Shown here one piece after another: positions 1-10,851 of a stretch of DNA of 64,000 nt. A program made the translations under genes and the position numbers. The stretch spans positions 75,206,001 through 75,270,000 of the forward strand of contig NC_043003.1 of the NCBI RefSeq assembly GCF_006345805.1. Reading direction: 5' to 3'. Each line of letters opens with the position of its first letter. The first letter of the stretch is position 1. The stretch is from Octopus sinensis (Eukaryota). Below the pieces are notes generated by a model that had not been told where the DNA came from, made no database searches, and saw only the letters and a list, made by a program, of their open reading frames with translations.

Positions 1-19
1 GAAGGGTACTGACCAACAA

Positions 20-300
20 ACATGAACAGCGATGCCGAAGGAATCTATGTGAGACAAAATTTGGAAGATATCAACCACATCTTTAGCAGTCACACCAATA
101 TATCTACGAGATACTACCTGCCGCTGAGGTATGATAGAGTTGCAAAGACTAATTACAACGCTATCTGCTGGAAAGATTGCCCCCACGTATATATCAAAGG
201 CATGTCAGAATCAACATGTATTCACAAGTTTAAAAACAAGAAATACTGGTGGAACTCTCCAATACAAAACATCAATTCGGAGTATTGAATATGACATCAA
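20..300 (+). mobile_element. Degenerate R4/Dong-like (RLE-type) non-LTR retrotransposon fragment, zinc-knuckle/pre-endonuclease region
   Basis: Frameshifted translation RCRR..C..LEDINHIFSSHTNISTRYYLPLRYDRVAK..ICWKDCP..KYWWNSPI resembles the CxxC..ETIxHIxSxC..Y..RH(D/N)xVA motif preceding the RLE domain of R4-clade LINEs. Confidence 0.6.
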
Positions 301-1309
301 GTCCAGGAAAAAGAGAGGCTCTATAGTGAATTATTCAAGAACTCACAGCACCTGCATCCTAACTGTAAATTTTTATTTTTACCTATTATATGTGCATTAG
401 TCTGTCTACCTACAAACTAACACAAAACTGAAAAACACTAAGTATTTCTACGAAAGAGCTGCAGAAACTAACGTAGGTTCCCCAAATACAGTCTATTTAT
501 AAGACTTTCCATCGATCATCCGTCTGAGAATTTTTTAGAGAAAAGGGGCACACAGGTGTGTGTGCATCGAGGACCCAACCAAATATTTACAAATACAGGG
601 AACTCTCTAACCGGAAAGAGTCCTGTCACTTTGTTTGTGGGCTACTTGAACCCCTCTCTTAAAAATTCTAAACGAAAACGCATATACACATACATACATA
701 CACAACGTATAAAGCATACTCACTTTTATATGCATATGTATAATACTAATTCGACTTTTAAACTTAATCTGATCTCATTTTATACCTCATGATATATATC
801 TAATACAATGAAAAACAATATAACAAGAATATTTCAATATAACTGCAATGTTTCGATATAACAGCAGTATTTCAATCGCACATTATGCAGTTCTTCATTG
901 CTTGCGCTCTGTTTTCAGCATACCTATAACGTTTCATTTTTTTTTCTTGTTATTGGAGATTTAACAATGAGAGAGCTATGTATTTGTCTGAAAAAGAAAA
1001 ACACGACATTTTATATCTTCAGCGGTTTTGCACAAAAAAGTTGATCACCGTGAAATAATATGACTTCAATTCAGTGCATATTTGAAGGGAATAAATGGAA
1101 ATATGTTTTTACACACACATACACATACACACACAGACACAAATAAATAATTTGGACAAATAAGCATAAGTTGATTAGTTTGTTTAAATGTTGAGAAGAT
1201 CACCAGCATAATTTAGGCCACCTGTTGTCATCCGCAGATGGGGTAGTACACCTCCGTTGGATCTACTGCAGGAACACCGCAACGACAGTTAGAGTAATAG
1301 TATTATTTA

Positions 1310-1526
1310 ATAGTAGGATATGGATTTCGTGTTAGACTTTTATTAGGTACAACATTTGTTTCGACCTATCAATCTGGTTTTCTTCAGGTACATTGATAAA
1401 GATGTCTCACGAGAGATTTTTAGTGCCATCTGGATTGTTATTATATGCATGAAGAGACCCAGACTGATGGCTCGAAACATATATTGTACCTAATGAAAGT
1501 CTAATACGAAATCTATCTCCTACTAT
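1310..1526. repeat. Imperfect ~77-bp inverted repeat (1310-1386 / 1450-1526), probable PLE terminal-repeat remnant with degenerate hammerhead motifs
   Basis: Arm 1 atagtaggatatggatttcgtgttagac...tcttca matches the reverse complement of arm 2 tgaagagaccc...tcctactat; each arm has a (C)TGAAGA..GAAAC..GTH layout. Confidence 0.75.
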
Positions 1527-1563
1527 TGACACTATACACGCACACATATGCATATATAAATGG

Positions 1564-1745
<182 letters not shown>

Positions 1746-2782
1746 TGTAGCTGATACGTAGTTTTAACAAAGTAATTGATGTATCAGGACATCCAGAAAC
1801 AATTGCAATAACACAATTATAAGCAATTACTGATTTAAAGCATTCTGTATATCCATATTTGATATAGTTAAATGATTGGAAGTTAAAAAAAAACGTCATA
1901 AATATCACTGCACAGAAACTAGGTGTAAATGATTAACAAACCATAAACGAGAAATATAAGGAATTATTATGTTTCATGGATAAACACATCTATTATTCGT
2001 ATTAAAGTACATGCTGAGCAAGGATGTCTAATATCGAATTAAACACTTTTATCCTGTGGACGAAGCGTCTTTCATAAGATAGTTTCCATCCAGGAAGTGC
2101 GCAATTTTGTATTCGCACTTCATCAATATTACTGCATAATTATAAATATACATCATTCCGTCCAAAATTGCATTTAATAAATGAGAATTAACAGCAGGCG
2201 CTCAAGGGGTGTGACAAATACTCTTACAATCCTAAACGCATACAATTCATCATGAAATTACACCTCTGTATGTAAGTGTAAACATAGAAACATGCATAAG
2301 CACTCGCGCCCGCGTACACACAGCCGCACACACACTTACACACCCAGACAAAATGGATCAAACTTCTTCCCAAACAATATACTCAGAATCCCAATTTCCC
2401 GTATTCTGTAGCATATATATTATCCAACTGGACTGGAGTAATGTGAAATGAAGTATTTTCTACATTGCAACGCATCGCTCTGTAATGCTATCGAACTTAT
2501 AATCTTAGGATCATGAGAGCAACATCACGGCTAAACCACACTCGTCTAAATACCGCAGTCCATGTTGAAAGTCTTCTTCACTGAAAATATTTGCGTAATT
2601 TTAATTTTTAATCAAGATATCCTCCCCATATGTCTTATTAAGTGGTAACCGACTGCATCCCCAAATACAGATCGATCACACACTCACTTTTGCCCAAATT
2701 AGCCCTAAGGTTACTTACAAATTTGTTACTCTCGGCACGAAATTTTTATACGATATCAAACCTTCAAAAGTATCAATATACT

Positions 2783-2925
2783 TAAGGCAACACTATGGCA
2801 AAATGTTCAGCGGCATTTGGTCCATTTTGTTTCATTCTGAGTTCCAATGCTGTCGAGTTCTATTTCGAGGTCAACAAAATAATAACAGCTGCGCAATTGG
2901 GTCGATGTAATCGATTTAGCTACTA
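2783..2925 (+). mobile_element. Degenerate tRNA-derived SINE (family B, 'ggcagaatcgttagc' type)
   Basis: aaaatgttcagcggcattt..ttctgagttccaat..gggtcgatgtaatcgatt resembles the copies at 21.9, 37.7, 47.6 and 51.6-52.1 kb. Confidence 0.6.
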
Positions 2926-3147
2926 AATTGCTAGCTATATATAAAAATACAAATCCAGTTTACTTAAGACAACATCGATATTAATGTTTTGAACGTTTGG
3001 TTTAATCCCTCATTTTGTTGTTGCAGTCTTTTCAGTGCTGATTAATGTACCTGTTCTTAATCTCACTTTGACACGATTGTTTAACACCATGCTTCTCGTA
3101 ACGTCTTTGCCGAAGCTCTATGGACAATTCGTAGATGTTTTTCCCAT

Positions 3148-3159
3148 CATCACCACCAC

Positions 3160-3210
<51 letters not shown>

Positions 3211-3219
3211 TCATCATCA

Positions 3220-3263
<44 letters not shown>

Positions 3264-3265
3264 GT
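3148..3265. repeat. Compound (CAT)n-(TAT)n microsatellite
   Basis: Directly visible. Confidence 0.95.
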
Positions 3266-3489
3266 TACGAAAGATATAGAGTATGTATTATTAAAATTAC
3301 ACTGTAAAAATATTTCCTGAATAAGTAATGAAGCCGTTTGCCCTCTTTTCTGGAAGTACACCCATCAAAGTGCACCACATTCACATACATATGTTTTTAT
3401 ATATGCATACATTCAACAATGAATACATTCATACATACATGTATACACACATACGCTGACACACATATACACGTATATACGGATACATT

Positions 3490-3547
<58 letters not shown>

Positions 3548-3549
3548 AT

Positions 3550-3599
<50 letters not shown>

Positions 3600-5006
3600 G
3601 GATATATTTAAGTATTTCTTAGGCTTCCTCATTTACTATTGCATTCTTCCGTTTTACATTTCAATATCCCCTTGTCATATTACTATCTTGCAATAATATT
3701 CTTGAATAGCATTATCAGGATTTTATTCTTCGAAATGTTGCTGTCCTTCAAAAAGTTTAAGCAGAGAATTGCATATTCAGTTCCTTTGTCATTCAAGTTA
3801 TCTCTCTTACTAGGATTTAGAACAATTTCAGATAATTATATTATGTATTCATTACTCGTTATTTTACTTGTCAATATAGCATCTCTTACTTTGCACAGAA
3901 TGTATAAAGAATACAAGTGAAAATACTCGTGTTCCTTTTACATTTATAATTTAAAATTTAGGAGTTTTATCTAAAGGTATGTTAGTGGTAAATAATCTTG
4001 TGTTTTTAAACAGGAATTTTATTCCAGTTATACGATATCTTATATTGTATCAAGAGAAAGAATAAAGTCAACATATTGCTGAAATAACCTATGAACTGTA
4101 TATATAATATACAATGCAATCAAATATAAAGCATTCTTACTTTCCACACTTATATTTAATTCCAAGCCCACAAAACCTGGAAAATGACAGTTACGACACA
4201 ATCCTATAGTAAAGATTTTCTAAGACGTTGTATAATAATTTCGGTACATTTCGTATATTTACACTCTAACATGTCCCGGATATGCGCAGATTATGTTTCT
4301 GTCTTATCAGAAACGTTACACTGCATCTTAGAACCTGAAACATACGCATTAATGAATTTGACTGTGGATAATCTTTCTCATAGGAACTTATCATAACGTC
4401 TTGATTGATAATCTGGACGGGTGAATTTAACTCCCAATTGTAAGAATTCGCATATTGCAACATCAACTTCCGAAAAATATTTATTTGTACAATATTAATA
4501 CAGAGAAAATGTATCGCTTCTTCATGTGAGGCTATCCGCATACTTCTTAACTCTCCTCTCCCCCTTCAGCAACTCACCGTCGCTGTAAAGGCACAGATGA
4601 GAATGCATCATAGTGTGTATGAAGGAGAGGACTATGCGAGCATCGAAATTAAAGGGCACGATTATTGACATGTTTTATTGAAGCCAGTCGAGACTATGAA
4701 GACAAAGAGATAGCGAGATTCTCGCAAATTCTTTCGAACGTATACTGCAATTTCTGCGACGGAAATTCTGCTCAGATAATTACACATGGTCTAGTAAGTC
4801 AATTTGCAAATGGTTCATGCTCTCTGCATCAGTGGTCGACTACGGTTTCTTGTTTTCAAATTCTGTTAGTTATGTTCCTTAAGTTAATGGATTCAGACTT
4901 CTACAACTAATGCACATACAACACGATTTGAAGATTACACCTATGTGAGTGTGTGTGAATGTGTTTGATTTTTTTCTTTTTATGTATATATGTTGGAGTG
5001 TGTGGT

Positions 5007-5088
<82 letters not shown>

Positions 5089-5364
5089 ATATATATATTG
5101 AAACTGTATATCCCTTCCGTTAAAAGACCATTATAAGTAAACTAGTAGCAGGTCGTCATGTGAGGGTCGAGAGACGAAGAGTTGCGAGTCGACAGTCCTA
5201 GTCGATATCATGTTGAACCGTCGGTGATACTAAGACGGTAAATGTTAATCTATTACTATTACGGCATGAGGAAATAAAACAGTATCGAACAACTAGGAAA
5301 TATTGTGGGTACTTGCTTAAAAAAGAAACAACAAAAGTACAACAGCAATCACACATCCCACCAG

Positions 5365-5968
5365 TGGGTTGGACCAACTGCGAAAGCCATGCTGATTTGC
5401 ATTGTGAAGTTCCAGGATGTCAAATATCCTTGATTTTACCACTCTATTCAAACACTTCAATGATGTGGGTGGTGACTGAGTTTGGGACATAGTTGACTGT
5501 TTCCCAGTTTGAAAACCGGGATGACAAACGGGGAAGGGAGCTGTTTAGGTACATAACCTGAGTCTAAATTATTTCTCCGGAGGTTGGTCAGAGGGTCTGC
5601 AAGTCGGTGTCTACTTTCCTTCAGGAGACTAGCGGATAATTTATCAGGGCCTACAGCAGAATAGAATTTTACTTCATTTATTGCTGCTATGATGTCTGAG
5701 ACAGTGATAGTGATGTCCAAGATTTTATGTTGGGAATCACTTCGTCCGCTTCCTTTACGTCAGTATCAGTGGGATCATTAAAGACAGCAGTTTTGTTTCT
5801 GCAGTAGTTCTGCTATGTCTTCAGCATCGTGTTGGGGAATGCCGATAATATAAATCAATGGCACAATAACTGAGACAGCGGTCGATGCTTATTTGCATAT
5901 GAGTAGAACATTTTAATGTTCTGTTTGATTTTTTTATTGGCCACTCATCCTCTGCATATCTCTGATTT
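5365..5968 (-). mobile_element. CR1/L2-group LINE ORF2 fragment (tether to early RT), inverted relative to the adjacent 3' part
   Basis: Minus-strand translation IKQNIKMFYSYANKH..DITITVSDIIAAINEVKFYSAVGPDKLSASLLKE..VIPVFK..NQHGFRS, typical of the region upstream of the LINE RT core. Confidence 0.85.
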
Positions 5969-6151
5969 CCAATGGAGGTTTTCATGTCGGCATACGCATA
6001 TATGGATATGTGCATTTATATAGGCATATATGAATATACCTATATGTGTGTGTGTATATATATGTATATGTTTATGTATGTATACATGTATATGTATATA
6101 TTTATATATGAATGTGTATATAATTATATACAGATATACGTATATGTTTAT

Positions 6152-7490
6152 GCAGCAATAAATGAGGTCAAATACCACTCTACACCACATTGAAGATGTA
6201 CTCAAAGCCTTGGGAACAGGTTCGAACTCGGATGTCATATAACTTGACTTCAGTAAAGCGTTCGACAGGGTAGACCATAATATCCTACTTTCAAAATTGG
6301 CTAATGTTGGAATCCGTGGAAAAGTTCTACACTGGATTAAGTATTTCCTGGCGAATAGAACACATGTTGTAGTTGATGGAGTCCACTCAATCCCAACAAA
6401 ATTCACCAGCTGTGTCCTCCAGGGTACTGTCTTGGGTCCGCTACTCTTCATAATCTACATAAACGACCTTTCCAGTGTCGTACGTTACTGTAAAGTGAAA
6501 ATATTTGCTGATGACACTAAGCTCCAGCAAATCGTCAATGAAGAAGCAGACTGAACTCAACTCCAATCTGATCTATATGCTGTGAGTCAATGGGCAGACA
6601 GAAACACAATGCAACTGAACGAGGGAAAATTTGAGCTGAAGCATTTTGGAAGGAATTCCTCACTAAAACAGCCATACTCTCTTCCTTCAGGGGAACCGCT
6701 CACAGCCTCTAACAATATCAGATACCTGGGTGTAATTGTTGATGACGATCTCAGTTGGAGTGCACACATCAACAAGAAGGTCGATATATCTCGTAGGATG
6801 AGTTCCTAGATCTTACGAACTTTCCGGTCCAGAGAACAAGGTGTCATCATACCACTTTTCTCCTCCTTTGTACGGCTACACCTCGAATACTGCTGCCCAC
6901 TGTGGTCTCCCCATACAAGACAAAACATCTCGAGGATTGAATCACCCCAGAGAGCACTCACTAAACGAATTGAAGGAATGGCTGCTCTCGATTATTGGGA
7001 TCGCCTTAAAGCCTTGAAACTCTACTCTCTCCAGCGTCGCCGTGAGCGGTACGTCATTTGTACGATGTGGAGAATATACCACCAACTTTGCCCAAACGAC
7101 CTGAACATTAGCTTCAAGGTTCGTCCAAGACTGGGACCACGGGCCATACGTCCTCTACCCAATTCAAGATCACAGCATACGTGTACACTGCAACATGATT
7201 TCTTTTCCTCAACAAGCCCTGTCCTATTTAACATTGTCCTGAAATAGATCAAAGAGGAAAAAGGATCCCATCAACTTTAAACGGAGTCTGGATAGATTCC
7301 TTCAAGGAATACCAGATAAGCCACGCATAATTGGATACAACTCACCCAACAAAAGCTCACTACTTGAATGGTCCATAAACAAAACTTTACTTAAACAGGA
7401 TTCAAATAATCCTATCATGTGGTGCTATTAATTTAGACATGGCTTGGACCAATCATTGGTCGAAACATATCTAAGTTTATCTAAGTTTAT
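6152..7490 (+). mobile_element. CR1/L2-group LINE 3' part (RT core to 3' tail), pseudogenised
   Basis: LDFSKAFDRVDHNILL, QGTVLGPLLFIIYINDL, KIFADDTKL, YLGVIVDDDLSWSAHI, LEYCCPLWSP, LYSLQRRRERY motifs with stops and frameshifts; 3' hairpin gaccaat-c-attggtc followed by an (atctaagttt)2 tail. Confidence 0.92.
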
Positions 7491-7656
7491 ATATATATAT
7501 GTGTGTGTGTGTGTATGTGTGTGTGTGCATATCTATACGTATATGTATATATAAACACATATATATATATATATGCATATATAAAATGTAAATATAAGTA
7601 TATTTCTATTTGCATCTATATATATATATATTTGCTTAAATATAGACATTTATATA

Positions 7657-7709
<53 letters not shown>

Positions 7710-7735
7710 TATATATACACATTTATATAAATAAT

Positions 7736-7769
<34 letters not shown>

Positions 7770-7864
7770 ATATATATATATAGATATATAGATATATAGA
7801 TATATATATTTATAATTATACATATAAATATATACATATAGATGCATCTATAATATATACATAT

Positions 7865-7900
<36 letters not shown>
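7490..7900. repeat. (TA)n/(TG)n-rich microsatellite field
   Basis: Directly visible. Confidence 0.95.
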
Positions 7901-7901
<1 letters not shown>

Positions 7902-8489
7902 GCGTATATGTGTACAGGATGTCACGAACGTTGCAAATAACATGAAGTACTGAAAGAAACTAGGAAAAACGGAAAACTCAGTCAAAGGATCATTGACCAG
8001 CTGTTGGCTGTGTATCTGCTTTCGAGCTTGCAACGACAAATTGCGTCTTGAAATGCAGTTGCTACCATATATTCTACAATAAAATTCAGGAGTTATATAT
8101 GATCAAAGTTGGGAACAAAAATGACAGTGGTAAATCGAATGTAAACAATCTACTTGATAGACCAGATGCAGCGGCTTCAGTGAACACTGCGAGAAACGTT
8201 TTTTTAATGAAAGTAGAAAGTCAAACACGCGCGGGGAATATATATAATTAATTATTCGTGTTTATATGCACAGGCTTGTATTATACTTATGATGGAAAAC
8301 GAGGGATTTACGTTTAATCCTGAAATCAATTGAAACGTAATTAAACCTTCTCATGGAACTTTTTTCCTTTATTTGCCTGAATTCGGCGAATATTTATTGT
8401 TATAATTGTAAGGTAGCTTAGAGACAGCTGTCTACTATATGCATGTCACAACCCAGTGTACGTAATCGCTTGCTCTGAATATTAATATT

Positions 8490-8497
8490 TTTTGTGG

Positions 8498-8575
<78 letters not shown>

Positions 8576-8880
8576 CATGTATATATATATATATATATGT
8601 ATGTATATATATATATATACATATATATATATAATATAATATATATATACATACATATATATATATGTATATATATATATATATGTATATATATATACAT
8701 ATGCATATATACACACACACACATATATATATGTATATATATATATACATGTATATATATTCATGCATTCATCTATGCATGTGTATATATACATATATAT
8801 GTGTGTATATGTATATATATATATGTATTTATATATATATATATATTGTATATATAACTGTATATATATATATATATATA

Positions 8881-8940
<60 letters not shown>
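8490..8940. repeat. Long interrupted (TA)n microsatellite
   Basis: Directly visible. Confidence 0.95.
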
Positions 8941-8941
<1 letters not shown>

Positions 8942-9036
8942 TAAAATATTATTAGAGACAAAACCACTATTTTGCAAAACAAACAAGGAAAGACATAATC
9001 AATACATACAATTTTAATAAATAGTCAAAAAAACCG

Positions 9037-9079
9037 CCACTACAATCGTTTCTTGTCTGGATCGACAATCTTCAGGTGG
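9037..9079 (-). ncRNA. Minimal type-I hammerhead ribozyme motif (minus strand)
   Basis: Reverse complement ccac CTGAAGA ttgtc gatcca gacaa GAAAC gatt GTA gtgg: stem I ccac/gtgg, core CUGAAGA, stem II ttgtc/gacaa, GAAA, minimal stem III, GUA cleavage triplet. Confidence 0.75.
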
Positions 9080-9125
9080 ACTTCCAATATGTCAGTTTCA
9101 AATTTGAAACTGACATATTGGAAGT

Positions 9126-9168
9126 CCACCTGAAGATTGTCGATCAAGATAAGAAACGATTGTAGTGG
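9126..9168 (+). ncRNA. Minimal type-I hammerhead ribozyme motif (plus strand)
   Basis: ccac CTGAAGA ttgtc gatcaa gataa GAAAC gatt GTA gtgg: core nucleotides present, stem II with one G-U pair. Confidence 0.75.
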
Positions 9169-9344
9169 CGGTTTTTTTGACTATTTATTAAAATTTTATG
9201 TATTGATTAAGTCTTTCCTTGTTTGTTTTGCAAAATAGTGGTTTTGTCTCTAATAATATTTTATAATATTTTACTATAAAATTGGATTTAATCCTAAATC
9301 TGATTTTTTTCCCTGTAAATTTGGATTTATTCCCTAATATTTAT

Positions 9345-9395
<51 letters not shown>

Positions 9396-10192
9396 ATATA
9401 TATATACGTATGTGTGTGTGTATGTATGTGGAAAACATCAACTGGAAATATAGATTTAAATCGTGAATATATTAGACAACATGGTATCTGTCATTGTTCT
9501 TTGGTTTTGTTTAAATGTGATTTGTTAGAAAGTTAGTTGCCTAGGAAATGTTGAAATGTTTAGCCTTGATTTAGAGAGATGAGTCAACGTTACTTTTAAC
9601 AAAATAGCACAATTTTCTTCGCAGGACAATCTAACATTACGTTATGTACAATTAGTTGAGAAACTGCTGCGGAATCATTGCTGATAAAGCGGCATGTGAA
9701 GATGTTTTCGAAAACAACATCCTAAAACACGGATTAACGCTATTTTCCTATTCACGTCTCTGTGCGCAATTACGATACATTTTATCCATGTTTCCCTATT
9801 GCTATTCAGCGTTTAGTAAAACCGTTTCTTTCTACCTTAGACTAACAATGATATAATGCTGCGAATACTAAATGCTGTCCTCTACTTTATTCTATAGCAC
9901 ATCTGATCTGGTACATGGAGATTCATCAAAGTGAAGGAAAATAAAAGAAGCGAAGAGAAAAAAATGGGCCTCGAAATGAAGAAAGAAATCTTAATGTATT
10001 TTAATCATAACATTTTGTACTGTAACGCTTCAAGTCGTTGAGCAAATGACTAAGCCAGAAAATTAATTGGTTGGCTAATCTTTTATTAGGGGTAACAACG
10101 TGTATAAGTAATAAAAAATGAAATAAGTAGTTTTCTATAACGGGATTCGCCAATAGGACTAGTAAATAAATAGCACTAAATATTTCGTAAAT

Positions 10193-10230
10193 AGGCGCAG
10201 GAGTTGCTGTGTGGTAAGTAGCTTGGTTAC
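10193..10230 (+). mobile_element. 5' head of tRNA-derived SINE (family A), interrupted by the 10226-12472 insertion
   Basis: aggcgcaggagttgctgtgtggtaagtagcttg matches the head of the uninterrupted copy at 26.4 kb (gcagtggctgtgtggtaagaaacttgcttcc). Confidence 0.85.
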
Positions 10231-10240
10231 AGGTTGCTTC

Positions 10241-10291
10241 TGCGCATGTGCGAGTCAGTGTTGTGTTTGGCACTGAAGCGGTAAAGACGTG
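10241..10291 (+). promoter_or_regulatory. Candidate internal Pol II promoter: NRF1-like TGCGCATGTGCG, Inr TCAGT, DPE-like AGACGT
   Basis: TGCGCATGTGCG at 10241-10252, TCAGT at 10255-10259, AGACGT at 10285-10290 (+29, one base off the canonical +28). Confidence 0.45.
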
Positions 10292-10851
10292 CTTTTGAAG
10301 CCGTCTTGAATTGAAAATTTTTGAAGCCCCATTGTAAGGTAAGATTCTGTTTTCTGGGTCCAGTGGGAGTTTTTGTTGAAAATTGTTTTTTACAGGCAGG
10401 AAGTCCTACTGGATTCAGAATTCTGATTCTGCCGACATGGGGCAAATATATTTTTCTCGCTGAATTGTGTAAATTTTGGGGGGGGGCGTATTCGTCTTCG
10501 ATAATTGAGTGAATATTTTTCTCACCTAATTATGAGAATTGTATTGTGCTGTGAAGAACTTTAAGAATTGTGAGAACTGTTATAAAGGGGAGTGTTTTGC
10601 CTCCGAAGTTTGAACAATTTTTACCAATTTTACACCAATTTTTGTGGAAGTTGTGTTCCATTTGCGGCGTTCCGGGTTCAATTTAGGCCGGCAGTACCGA
10701 ATGGCCAGAAGGTTTTTGCTGTGTTATTGACTTTCTTTTTAACTTTATTTGACTTTCTCCTTTTTGTTCATTGTGACTTTCTTCTGATTTCTTTTTCTTC
10801 TCGCTTTTTAAGTTTTATTTTGAATATATTTAAAAAAAAGAAAAAAAAAAC

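Larger units (their letters stand above)
8941..9264. repeat. Near-perfect 324-bp palindrome (162-bp arms, no spacer, centre 9102/9103), probable PLE terminal-repeat fold-back
   Basis: Centre ..gtcagtttcaaa|tttgaaactgac..; arms pair out to 8941/9264 with about 4 mismatches counted by eye. Confidence 0.95.

Noticed and set aside
5945-6451. 168-aa minus-strand ORF
   Set aside because: Antisense shadow of the LINE RT plus a microsatellite
8418-9017. Numerous YIYIYI/ICIY ORFs (also at 1.5, 7.6, 30.1, 36.8, 38.9 and 58.1 kb)
   Set aside because: Translations of (TA)n microsatellites, which lack stop codons
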